Source of the DNA: a virus | Strand: one strand, 5' to 3' | IMG/VR virus record: IMGVR_UViG_3300045988_101367 | Coordinates: 11,047-75,046 of that record | DNA length: 64,000 bases | Part shown: in pieces, positions 47,935-58,880 of the stretch | How positions within the stretch are numbered: position 1 is the stretch's first letter | Layout: each line of letters starts with the position of its first letter | Program-made: the position numbers and the translations under genes | Notes under the pieces: model-generated | Told to the model about the DNA's origin: nothing | The model's input: the letters and a program-made list of their open reading frames with translations, nothing else | The model's database searches: none

Positions 47935-48921
47935 ATGACAACAGTTTTAGGTGATAAACTCAATCAAGCTTTTGAAGCTAAGAATAACGATGTAGAAACA
48001 TTTCTCTGGAAAGGTTCCAGAAAAATTGTAGATGGTGAACGCATTCAGTCTTCCATGAAAATGATAGATATGACTGAAGAAGAATTATGTAAAGCATATA
48101 AACATTGTGAATCAATGCTTTATAGTGACAACTATGAAAATCCTGGACGACAAGTTTTGTTGGAACAGATTGAAGATCAAAGAACTCGCTGTAATGCTGA
48201 GTTGTTCTTAATTTGGCTATTGTACCCAGGTGAAGGTAGTACTAGACAAGGTATTGTAAGAACTAGTTTCTTTAATATGCTCAATCAGCAGATTACTGCT
48301 CAGGCAGAACAGTTTGCTAAAGAGAATGCAGAAAGTGGTGAGGGCGAAACAAATGTTAGTGCTATTGCAGAAACTCTCTTTAAAGAGTGGACTCTTAATG
48401 ATATTATGAATAGTGATGAAGATTCATTTACCATGTTTGCTTCATTACCATTGTATATCGTTAGAGAAGCTTGTTTATCTGCTTTAGGTAAATGTATCCG
48501 TAAACACATTACTCTTACATTTATTACTGAGCTTGGATTGTGGTTTACACGTTCTGAGTTATTAGAATTAAATAAAAAAGACGAGAATGGTCGTTTAGTA
48601 GATAGAATTAAGCAAGTTGCTGAACTTCTAAATATTAAACTGAGAGACCCTAAGAATCCTGAAGATAGAAAAGGTCTTGTTTTAAAAATTAATGATAGAA
48701 AAGGCTTAACTCTAAAAGAGTTTAGCGCAATGCTTACCTTCCGTAAGGATAAATATGATAAGCGTTATAATGATCTGACTAAAGTACAATTGGAAACCTT
48801 AAGAGATAAAGTTTTACTGCATCTCGAAAATAAGGTTAGATGGCAAGCTTCAGAGTGGGAGAAGCGTATTAAACAAATCAAAGCAGTAGCTGATTACAAT
48901 GGCTACAAACTCTCTGATTGA
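47935..48921 (+). CDS. hypothetical protein (328 aa)
   Basis: Track ORF. Confidence 0.45.
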   Translation: MTTVLGDKLNQAFEAKNNDVETFLWKGSRKIVDGERIQSSMKMIDMTEEELCKAYKHCESMLYSDNYENPGRQVLLEQIEDQRTRCNAELFLIWLLYPGEGSTRQGIVRTSFFNMLNQQITAQAEQFAKENAESGEGETNVSAIAETLFKEWTLNDIMNSDEDSFTMFASLPLYIVREACLSALGKCIRKHITLTFITELGLWFTRSELLELNKKDENGRLVDRIKQVAELLNIKLRDPKNPEDRKGLVLKINDRKGLTLKEFSAMLTFRKDKYDKRYNDLTKVQLETLRDKVLLHLENKVRWQASEWEKRIKQIKAVADYNGYKLSD

Positions 48922-50188
48922 AGGAGAACTATTTCATAAAATCACTAGAGATGAACGACAAGAAGAGTGTCGTAGAAAATGGATAAAAAATCGTTGTGTG
49001 GGGACAATAGTCGCATCTACTGGATTTGGTAAGAGCAGAATAGGACTAAACTGTATTAAAACAGTGCTAAAACACTTTCCACAATATCGAGTACTAATAA
49101 TTGTACCAACAGAAACTTTACAAAAACAATGGTGTGGTCATATAGATTCTAATGGGCTAGGATTAAGTTGTGATGTACAAATAATAAACACTGTAATAAA
49201 ACATCCTGCCAAATATGATCTTTTAGTACTGGATGAAGCGCATAGATATGCAGCTGAGACTTTTGTAAGATTATTTGAAGTAGTAAAATACCAATTTATC
49301 TTAGGTCTTACAGCTACTTTTGAGCGTCTTGATGGTAGAGATAAAATATTAGCAAAATACTGTCCAGTAATTGATACTATTGATATTAATACTTGTCTTG
49401 CAAATGGTTGGGTTAGCCCATATAAAGAATATCTAGTCTTAGTAAATGTTGATGATTTAGAAGAATATGAAAAAATAAATAAAGAATTCATTTCTCATTT
49501 TGAATTCTTCGGATTCTCTTGGGAGTTAGTTAATAAATTAGCCGGTCCTATGGGTTGGCGAAATAAACTACTCCTAAGAGATTCTATGTGTAGTGATCCT
49601 AATAAAAAGTCTGAAGTATTACAAAGTATAAATTATCATGCTATCAGATTTTGGTCTACTATGCATGAGAAAAAAGCTTTCATAAATAATCATCCAAAGA
49701 AAATTGAAATAGTAAAGAAAATTATAGAAGCTAGAAAGGATAAAAAAATAATAACTTTTGCTAATAATATTAAAATGGCAGAAAAAATTCCTAATGCTAC
49801 TGTATATTCTAGTAGAACTTCTAAGAAAAGAAGTGCTACAGCTATTGAAGATTTTAACTCTGGAAAGATAACTTTATTATCTACAGTAAAAAAAGCTGAT
49901 GAAGGACTTGATGTAAAAGGTCTTTCTGTAGCTATTATATTTGGATTAGATAGTTCAACTACTAGAGCTTGTCAACGGAGAGGAAGATCAATCCGCTTTG
50001 AGAAAGGTAAGACAGCAGAGATATTCAATATAGTATTAAATAGGACTCAAGAGACCAAGTGGTTTTATGATTCTCATAAGAGAGATTCTTTTATAACTAT
50101 AGACGAATCAGAATTGGATAAAGTATTACAAGGTAAAGACTTTACCCCAGGTGAAAAGATAGTTCCTAAATTTGATTTTAGATTCTGA
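48899..50188 (+). CDS. superfamily-2 DEAD/DEAH-box helicase
   Basis: Walker A-like TGFGKSRIG, motif II LVLDEAHRY, SAT-like TAT, and C-terminal helicase motifs (QRRGRSIR). Confidence 0.65.
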   Translation: MATNSLIEGELFHKITRDERQEECRRKWIKNRCVGTIVASTGFGKSRIGLNCIKTVLKHFPQYRVLIIVPTETLQKQWCGHIDSNGLGLSCDVQIINTVIKHPAKYDLLVLDEAHRYAAETFVRLFEVVKYQFILGLTATFERLDGRDKILAKYCPVIDTIDINTCLANGWVSPYKEYLVLVNVDDLEEYEKINKEFISHFEFFGFSWELVNKLAGPMGWRNKLLLRDSMCSDPNKKSEVLQSINYHAIRFWSTMHEKKAFINNHPKKIEIVKKIIEARKDKKIITFANNIKMAEKIPNATVYSSRTSKKRSATAIEDFNSGKITLLSTVKKADEGLDVKGLSVAIIFGLDSSTTRACQRRGRSIRFEKGKTAEIFNIVLNRTQETKWFYDSHKRDSFITIDESELDKVLQGKDFTPGEKIVPKFDFRF

Positions 50189-50266
50189 ATCTATGTATTA
50201 ATATCACTCTGAGAAGAGATTAACTTAATTACAGTATGGAAGACTTTTAATTATTCGAATTACTGT

Positions 50267-50878
50267 ATGTTTGATTTAAACATTGATGAAGAAATAACAA
50301 TTTTAGAAAAATATAATATTACTCCTACTGAATTATTTGTTATTAAAGCTATTAATGCTTATATAGAAGATTATTCAGAAGATTATCTTCGTAGGTATTT
50401 GGCTATTGATAAAAAGTATGTAGGAAGTTTTATAGATATACTTAAATCTTTACAAGATAAAGGTCTTATCCTTAAAAGTTATAAAATTATTCCAGGAATG
50501 AAACTAGTTCCTGAAGAGATACCATTTAATAAAAACTTCCTAAAATGTTTAGCTAAGAGTTCCTTTGAAATGGGAAAAGAACTTAGAGAACATTATCCTA
50601 GATTTAGAAATATTAATGGATGCTTAACTAGTATGCTAGGTGTTTCTAAAAAGTTTAATAGTCTTGAAGATGCTTATAGAACTTATGGAAAGAAAATCCA
50701 TTGGAATGAAGAACTTCATAAAAAGATTATTGATTTACTAGATTGGGAAGCTAATACTGATAATGGTATTATTAATTATAGCTTAGCTACATTTATTGTA
50801 GATGAAAAATGGGAAGACCTTGAAGCTTTAAAGAATGGAGATTCAGGTATGAATTATAATTCAATCACCACTCTGTGA
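50267..50878 (+). CDS. hypothetical protein (203 aa)
   Basis: Track ORF. Confidence 0.4.
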   Translation: MFDLNIDEEITILEKYNITPTELFVIKAINAYIEDYSEDYLRRYLAIDKKYVGSFIDILKSLQDKGLILKSYKIIPGMKLVPEEIPFNKNFLKCLAKSSFEMGKELREHYPRFRNINGCLTSMLGVSKKFNSLEDAYRTYGKKIHWNEELHKKIIDLLDWEANTDNGIINYSLATFIVDEKWEDLEALKNGDSGMNYNSITTL

Positions 50879-51957
50879 GTTTAGAAAGTTTTAAACGTTC
50901 GATAGAGCTTGGTAGACAAGGATTTAATCAAGGATTTAGTATGGGTCTTCCTAAATTGGAAGAATTAATAGGAGGTATTACTAAAAGTACCATGACTCTT
51001 TTATTTGCGAGTTCAGGACAAGGTAAAAGTTCATGTGTATTATATTCTTACATATATGCTCCTTTAAAAGAACATTTAGAAGATAATAAATTAAAAATTA
51101 TTTTCTTTGCTCTTGAAATGAAAGAAGACTTTATTATAGCTAAATTATTAAGTACCTATTTATATGATACCTATCATATTGTTGTAACTGCTAAACAAAT
51201 ATTATCTATAGGTAAAGATTATATTTTACCTGATGATTTATATGAGTATGTACAACTAGGATATGATTGGCTAGAAAAAGTATATAAAGTACTAACTATA
51301 TACGAAGGCTCTTTTAATTCTGATAGGCTCATAAAAGTTACAATGGAAGAGCTTAAAAAAGAAGGAGAATTTACAGAGAATAAATATATTCCGAAAGACC
51401 CTGAAAAAGTAATACTTTCAGTAACTGACCATGTTGGATTGATCCAACCATCCAATGGAAGGAACAGAAAAGGAGAAATTGATGATTATACTAATAAATT
51501 AGTTATCATTAGAAATAAAACAGGATTATCTCCAATTATTGTTATGCAATCCAATAGAGCAGTGGCTAACATGGAAAGAAAAAAGAATGAAGCTTTCATG
51601 GAGCCAATGGTGGAGGATATTAAGGAAACATCCACTGTTTCAGAGAATTCTGAAATTATTTTAGCTGTATATAATCCTCAAGTTGATAAAAGAAAAACTT
51701 ATAGAGGTTACCAAGTTAAAGAAATGGGTTATAGGTTTCGAAGTATTCTTGTACTAAAGTCAAGATATGGAGAAAACCAAGTAGCTGATTGCTGTTTCTT
51801 TGACGGAGCAGTAAATAAGTGGATGGAAATGCCTAAGCCAGAAAAAATCTTTGATTATTCTAGATATCGAGCTACAAATAACAGTTCAACAGATAATACA
51901 ATAAAGAATGAAGATAAAGATGAAAAAGTGAAAAATAAATTAGACTATAATTTATGA
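50875..51957 (+). CDS. DnaB-like replicative helicase (RecA-fold C-terminal domain)
   Basis: Walker A LLFASSGQGKSSCV, Walker B-like ILSVTDHVGLIQ, RecA/DnaB-like layout. Confidence 0.55.
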   Translation: MSLESFKRSIELGRQGFNQGFSMGLPKLEELIGGITKSTMTLLFASSGQGKSSCVLYSYIYAPLKEHLEDNKLKIIFFALEMKEDFIIAKLLSTYLYDTYHIVVTAKQILSIGKDYILPDDLYEYVQLGYDWLEKVYKVLTIYEGSFNSDRLIKVTMEELKKEGEFTENKYIPKDPEKVILSVTDHVGLIQPSNGRNRKGEIDDYTNKLVIIRNKTGLSPIIVMQSNRAVANMERKKNEAFMEPMVEDIKETSTVSENSEIILAVYNPQVDKRKTYRGYQVKEMGYRFRSILVLKSRYGENQVADCCFFDGAVNKWMEMPKPEKIFDYSRYRATNNSSTDNTIKNEDKDEKVKNKLDYNL

Positions 51958-52709
51958 TTATTGGTTTAGCAGGTTTGAGTGGTACCGGAAAAAGCACTTC
52001 TTTGCGTTATTTAGATTATAAATCAACATTTATCATTAGTTGTACTAACAAGCAACTTCAAATTCCTGGATTTAGACGTAAGTACAAGAAAGCTGAAGTT
52101 GTAAATAAGAAGCCAGTTGGAAATTGGCTTGTGTCTAATGATTATACTACTATTGGTAAGTGGTTAAAGATTATTGATAAATTACGTTCTGATATTAAGA
52201 CAGTAGTCATAGATGATGCTAACTATTGTCTTTCAAATAATATAATGGATTCTGCCCTTGAAAAAGGTTGGGATAAGCACGTTGTGTTTGCTAAAAATTA
52301 CTATGATTTAATCATGGAAGCTAGTGAACTGCGTGAAGATCTTAATGTAGTATTCATTAGTCATATTATTAATGCTGGTACTGACCTCGATGAACATTGG
52401 CAGTTATATTCTAGTGGTAAAATGTTGGATAGAACTGTAAATATTGATGGTTTATTTTCTTATATTTTATATACTGAACGCCAGGTTGATAATGAGGGCA
52501 ATATTAGTTATTTCTTTAGAACCAAAACCAATGGTAACGATACTTGTCGTAGTGTTGATGGATGTTTTAAAGATAAACTGATTGAACCTAATATGCAGAA
52601 GGTTTTAGATACTATCCATAACTTTGAATATGGTGAGGAAGAAGAAGAAATCGCAGATGACCATAATGAAACCAATAATGATGACAATATTTTAAATGAA
52701 GCTAATTAA
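51954..52709 (+). CDS. P-loop NTPase (AAA/RecA-like recombination or replication ATPase)
   Basis: Walker A GLAGLSGTGKST near the N-terminus, Walker B VVIDDAN. Confidence 0.5.
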   Translation: MIIGLAGLSGTGKSTSLRYLDYKSTFIISCTNKQLQIPGFRRKYKKAEVVNKKPVGNWLVSNDYTTIGKWLKIIDKLRSDIKTVVIDDANYCLSNNIMDSALEKGWDKHVVFAKNYYDLIMEASELREDLNVVFISHIINAGTDLDEHWQLYSSGKMLDRTVNIDGLFSYILYTERQVDNEGNISYFFRTKTNGNDTCRSVDGCFKDKLIEPNMQKVLDTIHNFEYGEEEEEIADDHNETNNDDNILNEAN

Positions 52710-53301
52710 AATGACAATTAAGTCCGAGTGGCTTAATGAAGAAACTGGAGAAATTTTTACTGATACACGTGAATTGAAGGATGATTCTGTAAAGAAGCCG
52801 TCTACTCGTAAGTCTTCTTCTAAAAAGAAAGATTCAGAAGTAGATGATACAAATCCTAATCCACTATTAATTCTTGAGGAGAATAAGTATATTCTTAATA
52901 AGGCTGCTGTTGAGGCTCTTGGTGTAGAACCAGGAGATAAGGTAGACATTAAACAGCAGAAACTTAATAAGAAGGAGTGCTTAGTTATCGGAGCTGCTGA
53001 AACATTTGGTACGCAGTCAGGTAATAAATTAACTCAGAAGAATGCAGTTTCATATAGAGGAAAGAATAACCAGAACCTTGCTGAGCATGGTAATGAGTTT
53101 ACTTTCACTCCACATCCTAAAATTGATGGATTGTTTATATTAACAGGTAATCGAGAGCCTGAGATTAAAGAAGATGTAGTTCCTGAAGCAGAGGATATTG
53201 CATCAGAAGATGAATTAGATGACGAAATGGCTAGTCTTATTGACGGCAACGCAGATGATACAGAAATCTCAGATAATGATTTTAATTTCGATAATCTTTA
53301 A
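52696..53301 (+). CDS. hypothetical acidic protein (201 aa)
   Basis: Track ORF. Confidence 0.4.
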   Translation: MKLIKMTIKSEWLNEETGEIFTDTRELKDDSVKKPSTRKSSSKKKDSEVDDTNPNPLLILEENKYILNKAAVEALGVEPGDKVDIKQQKLNKKECLVIGAAETFGTQSGNKLTQKNAVSYRGKNNQNLAEHGNEFTFTPHPKIDGLFILTGNREPEIKEDVVPEAEDIASEDELDDEMASLIDGNADDTEISDNDFNFDNL

Positions 53302-53313
53302 TAATATAGCAAT

Positions 53314-54084
53314 ATGAATTTAAATTTTGGTGGTCTTGGTGATATTAATCCTACAAGTAAGAAAGGTCTTCGTCCTTATGGAATTTATCTCGTTCAGTTG
53401 AAAAGTGTAGAAACTAAGGAAGGTCAAGGTAAACAAGACCCTAGTACAACTTGGAAATCTCTGGTACTTCATTTTGAAGGAGAACAAGGAACTTATCAAG
53501 AATCATTGTTTTATCCTAATGAAAGTTCTGCTAAAAGATATGAGGGTAAGAGAAAGGATTCTAAGGGTGTAGAATTCCCATATGTACTTCCTTCAGCATT
53601 TGAACAGCTTAAAGGTTTTATGCTGCATATTATAACAGTAGTAGGTGGTGATAAAGCTAAAGAATTGTTTGTAACTAAAGCTCCTACTTGTAAGAGTACT
53701 GACCAATTCATGCAGCTTTTCCAGGCAGTATTGACTAAGTATTGTATGAATAAAAACTTTTATTTAAAGCTTAGCGGTCATAAGGAAAAGAAAAAGGATG
53801 AAAAGGGAATTTCAAAGGAAACTGGTAATGTATTTGCTAAGATTCCTGATATTGGAGCTATTAATAGTGATGGACAGTTCTATATCCGTGATAATTTTGC
53901 TAGCTTAGAGGAAGATAAATTGTCATTCTCTAGTTATGAGATTAAGCAGAAAGAGGATATGGAGAAGCGTAAGCCTACTGCTCCTGTGCCAGCAGCTGAT
54001 TCAGAAGAGGCTAAATCTATTGACTCTACTGAAGGCAAGGAGGCTCAAGATGAAGACTTCGATGCTATGCTAGCAGATATGTAG
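53314..54084 (+). CDS. putative single-stranded DNA-binding protein
   Basis: Acidic C-terminal tail …DEDFDAMLADM typical of SSB proteins; replication-gene context. Weak call. Confidence 0.35.
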   Translation: MNLNFGGLGDINPTSKKGLRPYGIYLVQLKSVETKEGQGKQDPSTTWKSLVLHFEGEQGTYQESLFYPNESSAKRYEGKRKDSKGVEFPYVLPSAFEQLKGFMLHIITVVGGDKAKELFVTKAPTCKSTDQFMQLFQAVLTKYCMNKNFYLKLSGHKEKKKDEKGISKETGNVFAKIPDIGAINSDGQFYIRDNFASLEEDKLSFSSYEIKQKEDMEKRKPTAPVPAADSEEAKSIDSTEGKEAQDEDFDAMLADM

Positions 54085-54107
54085 TAATTATAAAGTAAGT
54101 AGTTTTT

Positions 54108-55118
54108 ATGGAATTAGATTTTTCTTATAAACCAGATATTACTAAGGACTACTTACTTAAATATAACACAGAGGAAGCCTATATGGAGTATTATCTTGGC
54201 GTAAAAGTTTCAAAAAAATTAATTTGTAATCCTTTACGTAAAGATAAAAATCCTACGGCTTCCTTTTTTCGTAACTCTAAAGGAGAACTTATATTCCATG
54301 ATTTTAATGGGAGCTTTTATGGAAACTTTATATCAGTAGTTATGACTAAATATGCTTGTAAATACCATCAAGCATTAGACATTATAGCTAAAGATTTTGG
54401 CTTATTAAAAGGACAAAATAATTATCATTCTGTAATACAATCAAGCACTTCTTTTGTTAAAACAAATGAGCCAGCAGATATACGAGTAGAAATAAAAGAT
54501 TTCTCAGAAGATGAATTAAAATGGTGGGGTAAACAAGGAGTTTCTTTAGAATTACTAAATAAATATAAAGTATATTCTTGTCGTACTGTATTTTTAAATG
54601 GTAATATTCAAACTATAAAGACTAAAGATAACTTTATCTTCGGATATTATGGAGGAACAATGCAAGGTAAAGAATTGTGGAGAATTTATTATCCTAAACG
54701 TAAGGAATATAGATTTCTAACAAATTGGCCCTCTAAAAAGGTTCAAGGTTATAGTCAGTTACCTAAAAAAGGTACTTTATTAGTTATAACTAAAAGTATG
54801 AAGGATACTATGTGTTTAAGAGGTTTAGGTGTAACAGCCTGTGCTCCAAATAGTGAAACACAATGGTTATCTGAAAATATGTTAAATGATCTAAAAGAAA
54901 GATTTACTTATATAGTAACTTTTTATGATAATGATAGACCTGGAATGTTTAATATGGCTAAGATAAGAAGAAATCATCCAGAATTACTTTATTTCTTTAT
55001 ACCTCATAAATTCAAAGTAAAAGATATAAGTGATTTTTATAAAAAATATGGTCGACAGAATACTTTAAAATTTATAAAGTATTATATAAAAAAATTAAGT
55101 AACTATGTCAAAAAGTAA
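54108..55118 (+). CDS. DNA primase (TOPRIM domain)
   Basis: TOPRIM-like YIVTFYDNDRPG (DxD) and upstream E residue; lies next to the helicase genes. Confidence 0.5.
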   Translation: MELDFSYKPDITKDYLLKYNTEEAYMEYYLGVKVSKKLICNPLRKDKNPTASFFRNSKGELIFHDFNGSFYGNFISVVMTKYACKYHQALDIIAKDFGLLKGQNNYHSVIQSSTSFVKTNEPADIRVEIKDFSEDELKWWGKQGVSLELLNKYKVYSCRTVFLNGNIQTIKTKDNFIFGYYGGTMQGKELWRIYYPKRKEYRFLTNWPSKKVQGYSQLPKKGTLLVITKSMKDTMCLRGLGVTACAPNSETQWLSENMLNDLKERFTYIVTFYDNDRPGMFNMAKIRRNHPELLYFFIPHKFKVKDISDFYKKYGRQNTLKFIKYYIKKLSNYVKK

Positions 55119-55164
55119 TTAGAATCTGAATACTGCTATTAGAATAACATATAAAAACGGCGAT

Positions 55165-55674
55165 GTGCACGATTATACATCTATAGAGGAATGCTCTGAG
55201 AAAACTAAAATAAGTCAAGCAGCTCTTAAAATTAGATGTAATAAATCTGGAAAAATGGCTGATGGCACTTTATATGAATGGATAGATAGCCATACTAAGA
55301 AGAGTTATCAAGCTAAAAAATCTAGAAATAAAGGAAGTGCATGGGAAGCAGATATAATTCATCATCTTAGAGATATGGGGTATACTGAGTGTGTAAGTAC
55401 TAGAGGAGAGAGTAAGTTTACAGATAATAATAAAGTTGATATCATTGATAGGTCTGGAAAATTACCTATAAATATTCAAGCAAAACATACTGCTAATACT
55501 CCAGCATATTTTAAGATAGAAAATTCTTGTCCTTATAAGGACAAGTCATTTGTGCTATGCTGGAAGAAGGCTCCAACAGAAGGTAGTGTTAGTCCAGGAG
55601 CAATAGCAATGATTCCTATGGATTTCTTTTATACTTTATTAGAATGTTATTCTAAAAGTAATAATTTAATATGA
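55165..55674 (+). CDS. hypothetical protein (169 aa)
   Basis: Track ORF. Confidence 0.4.
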   Translation: MHDYTSIEECSEKTKISQAALKIRCNKSGKMADGTLYEWIDSHTKKSYQAKKSRNKGSAWEADIIHHLRDMGYTECVSTRGESKFTDNNKVDIIDRSGKLPINIQAKHTANTPAYFKIENSCPYKDKSFVLCWKKAPTEGSVSPGAIAMIPMDFFYTLLECYSKSNNLI

Positions 55675-55859
55675 GAGAACTATTAGCCTTAGGAGTAATA
55701 GATTTTATAATAAGTACAATATTAATTTTACTTAAGATTTTTGGAATATTGTTATGGAGTTGGATAACATTAGCAGTGGTAATATTTTTATCACTCCCAA
55801 TTACCATAATGATATTATTTATTATTATAATGATAATTATATATAACAATACCAAATGA
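55671..55859 (+). CDS. small membrane protein (62 aa)
   Basis: Hydrophobic throughout. Confidence 0.3.
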   Translation: MRELLALGVIDFIISTILILLKIFGILLWSWITLAVVIFLSLPITIMILFIIIMIIIYNNTK

Positions 55860-56101
55860 ATAATTATATTTTTGCAATTTGTCAGAGTAATAAAAATAAA
55901 CTTCATAAGTTAACTGCATCTTCATATGAGGAAGCTGTTGAAAAGGCTAAAGAAGAAGTTGATAAGTACTTAAATTTAGACGATGATACATATGCTATTC
56001 TTGATAACAATGATAGCTGGATAAATATCAGAGCTGAATTGGCTAAGAAAGGTATTGGGGTAACATATATAAGAGATATTGAGGAATTATTTAATCTATG
56101 A
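55856..56101 (+). CDS. hypothetical protein (81 aa)
   Basis: Track ORF. Confidence 0.35.
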   Translation: MNNYIFAICQSNKNKLHKLTASSYEEAVEKAKEEVDKYLNLDDDTYAILDNNDSWINIRAELAKKGIGVTYIRDIEELFNL

Positions 56102-56634
56102 AATTAAAAATTGGTTTAGATTTAGATGATACATTAAATGAGTTTATGAATCCATATTTAAAAAGATTTGGATATCCTAAGTCTGATGGAGAAATAACAA
56201 AAAATGTACAACAAGTTTTAATAAAAGACAGAGAATGGTGGATAAATCTTCCAATAAAAAATAAAATAAACTTTATACCTGAATTATATTGTACTAAAAG
56301 AGTATGCAATAAAGACTATAGTAAAACATGGCTAAAGAATAATGGTTATCCTAGTAAACCTGTTTATCAAGTCTTGTGCCAGCGTGCTAATAAAGCTCGG
56401 TATATAAAAGGTAGAGTTGATATTTTCATTGATGATTCTATTAGTAATTTTATTCAGATGAATCTAGCAGGATTGCCTTGTTTATTAATAGCTTCTGAAT
56501 CTAATGAAAAATGGGGTCCTTATGGTAAGATTTATAGTTTAGATAAAGAAGAGATAGAATATGGGTATGAATGTATAAAAGAGTCGGAAGACTTTAACAA
56601 TTACTTACGTGAAATTAAGTCAAATTTCTATTAA
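56098..56634 (+). CDS. HAD-family 5'(3')-deoxyribonucleotidase
   Basis: N-terminal IGLDLDDTL is a DxDxT HAD motif I; size and layout match NT5C-type nucleotidases. Confidence 0.55.
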   Translation: MKLKIGLDLDDTLNEFMNPYLKRFGYPKSDGEITKNVQQVLIKDREWWINLPIKNKINFIPELYCTKRVCNKDYSKTWLKNNGYPSKPVYQVLCQRANKARYIKGRVDIFIDDSISNFIQMNLAGLPCLLIASESNEKWGPYGKIYSLDKEEIEYGYECIKESEDFNNYLREIKSNFY

Positions 56635-57655
56635 ACCTCTGATAGAGACTTTAAGAGTTGAAGATATTGATGATAATACTTATTTCTCAGAAAAGTATAA
56701 TAATTATATCTCAAACTCTAGATTATCTAAGATAAATCCAGATCAAGATGGTTCTCCAACAGAGTTCTTTGATAATTGGGGTAAGACTAAGTTAAATACA
56801 ACTAGTTTGGAATTTGGTAGTTGGTTACATACTTTAGTTTTACAACCTGATGACTTCTTTCTAACAGATGTTAGCAGACCTACTGCTAAAATGGGGTCAA
56901 TGGCAGACTATATTTATAAGAAAACACAAGGTATCAATGTTACTAATGATATTATATTAGAAGCATCTGATAAATGTGATTATTATAAAGATAAAATGTC
57001 AGATAAAAAAATAGAAAAAGTGTTAGCAGACTGTGCTCAATACTGGTGTGATAGAAAAGCTTTTGAAAAAGAAAATAATGATGCTAGAACACCAATATTT
57101 ACAGATCCTAAAAATCATGCTAAACTGAAAGTCTGTCTAGAGTCTCTAGATAGTGATACACAAATTCAATCTTTACTAAACCCTGAAGGATTACTAGAAC
57201 AACCAATTATTGGTAATGAAATAGCTTTCCTTATAGATGTTTTAGTAGAGGCTCCAGAGCATAAACCTTTTATATTAAAAATTAAGTCTAAACTTGATAA
57301 TTATAGTATAGATAAAGAAGAAGGAATAATCACTGTAAATGATTTAAAAACCACAGGAGATTTAATAAATAACTTTGCTAAAGGAGCTCTTATTAAATAT
57401 CACTATTATAGAGAGATGGCTTTATATAGTTGGTTATTAACTATGGCTGTTAAGAAGAATTATAACATTGAGAATCCTAAAATTAGAAGTAATTTCTTAG
57501 TAGTAGAAACTATTCCAAATTTTAATACTAAAGTAGTTCCTATGACTAGAGAACTTTTTAATAAAGGATTTAAAGAGTTTACTCACCTTCTTAAATTAGT
57601 AGCATTCTATTGTATGCATGGTTATGAGGGATTCGGAATTACTCAAGAGACCTGA
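56609..57655 (+). CDS. hypothetical protein (348 aa), possible recombination exonuclease
   Basis: Track ORF; weak resemblance to YqaJ-type nucleases. Low confidence. Confidence 0.35.
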   Translation: MKLSQISIKPLIETLRVEDIDDNTYFSEKYNNYISNSRLSKINPDQDGSPTEFFDNWGKTKLNTTSLEFGSWLHTLVLQPDDFFLTDVSRPTAKMGSMADYIYKKTQGINVTNDIILEASDKCDYYKDKMSDKKIEKVLADCAQYWCDRKAFEKENNDARTPIFTDPKNHAKLKVCLESLDSDTQIQSLLNPEGLLEQPIIGNEIAFLIDVLVEAPEHKPFILKIKSKLDNYSIDKEEGIITVNDLKTTGDLINNFAKGALIKYHYYREMALYSWLLTMAVKKNYNIENPKIRSNFLVVETIPNFNTKVVPMTRELFNKGFKEFTHLLKLVAFYCMHGYEGFGITQET

Positions 57656-57977
57656 TTATACTAAACTTTCCGATTTATATCGTAAATACTTTAGTTTAGG
57701 GTCTTTAGGGGAAAGTATAAATTTAAAATTTGCACTTATATCGTTACTTGGATATATGGTAAATTCTATGAAGAAGAAAAAACCTGGAGTTACTTATTAT
57801 GAAGTAACTGCTAAATTAGCAGAAAAAACAGGTCTTGATGAAGATACAATACAAGCTATTGCTATCATCACTGAGGATTTTTCATATGGATGTACCGATT
57901 TTCCAACATTTGGCGTGCAACCAAAAGACATGCCAACAAAAATAAGAGAATTAATGGGAAAATTTCTTCCATTCTAA
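57618..57977 (+). CDS. hypothetical protein (119 aa)
   Basis: Track ORF. Confidence 0.3.
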   Translation: MVMRDSELLKRPDYTKLSDLYRKYFSLGSLGESINLKFALISLLGYMVNSMKKKKPGVTYYEVTAKLAEKTGLDEDTIQAIAIITEDFSYGCTDFPTFGVQPKDMPTKIRELMGKFLPF

Positions 57978-58105
57978 AAAAATTAATTTTTTTATAATTT
58001 TCTTTTTGGAGGCAAAAAATATAGAGTATATTAGCCTTACAAAGATAAAGAAAAAACATCGCAGATGATTTGATAATAAGAATTAATGTTAATATATTTT
58101 TGAAA

Positions 58106-58750
58106 ATGAGTGAAATTTTTAATTTTAAGAGTTTTGAAGTAAGTGCAGAAACAAAGGAAGCAGCAGTAGCACAGGTAGAGAAAGAGAATTTTCATATTAA
58201 TGGTGATGCAACACAGGCATGGAAGAAGTTCCATGAGAAGACTGCTAAAGTAACTTCTAATGATGAGAAGGAATTTAAGCTGGAGTATTTGAAGAAAAAG
58301 ACTAAGAATGCTCCTGGTAGTGGTTTCATTGTAACTCTTTCTAGTGCTGTTGCAAGTACACGTGAGCGTCCTTGGAAGGTTGTTGATATTAAGACTGAGG
58401 GTAAGCGTGATACTCAGAAGAAGTTTGATTTGGTAGACCACGATACAAAGGAAGTACTGAAGACTTTGAAGTCTGAGCGTGTAAAGAACGAAAAGGCTGG
58501 TGAAGCAATTCTTGATAAGGATGGTAACGATACTGGTCGTGTTGAGCCAGATACAAAGGTTATTCGTCCTACTAAGACCGCAGCTAAGGAAATGGCTAAG
58601 GAACTTATTAAGAAGGGCTTTAAGGGTCAGATAGATATCGTTCAGGGTAAGGAGTCTATTGGCTCTGACCCAGTAGTAGCTACTGTAACTTATACTCCAT
58701 CTAAGAGTACTCGTAATGGAAGATGGATGGTTTTTGGTCTGGAATTTTAA
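58106..58750 (+). CDS. abundant-looking basic/acidic hypothetical protein (GC-richer)
   Basis: Track ORF 58070-58750 with the likely ATG at 58106 (MSEIFNF...); followed by a strong terminator. Confidence 0.45.
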   Translation: MSEIFNFKSFEVSAETKEAAVAQVEKENFHINGDATQAWKKFHEKTAKVTSNDEKEFKLEYLKKKTKNAPGSGFIVTLSSAVASTRERPWKVVDIKTEGKRDTQKKFDLVDHDTKEVLKTLKSERVKNEKAGEAILDKDGNDTGRVEPDTKVIRPTKTAAKEMAKELIKKGFKGQIDIVQGKESIGSDPVVATVTYTPSKSTRNGRWMVFGLEF

Positions 58751-58769
58751 TTTTATTCATAATTTTTAA

Positions 58770-58808
58770 AGTAAGGCAGGTGCTCGCGAGAGTATCTGCC
58801 TTTTTTAA
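58770..58808 (+). terminator. rho-independent terminator
   Basis: aaggcag-gtgctcgcgagagtat-ctgcctt followed by ttttt. Confidence 0.55.
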
Positions 58809-58880
58809 TTTAGATACCTTTTATTTTACTAGATACTTTTATTTATAAAGGCGTAACAGCTATCTAATTTTTAAAAAAGT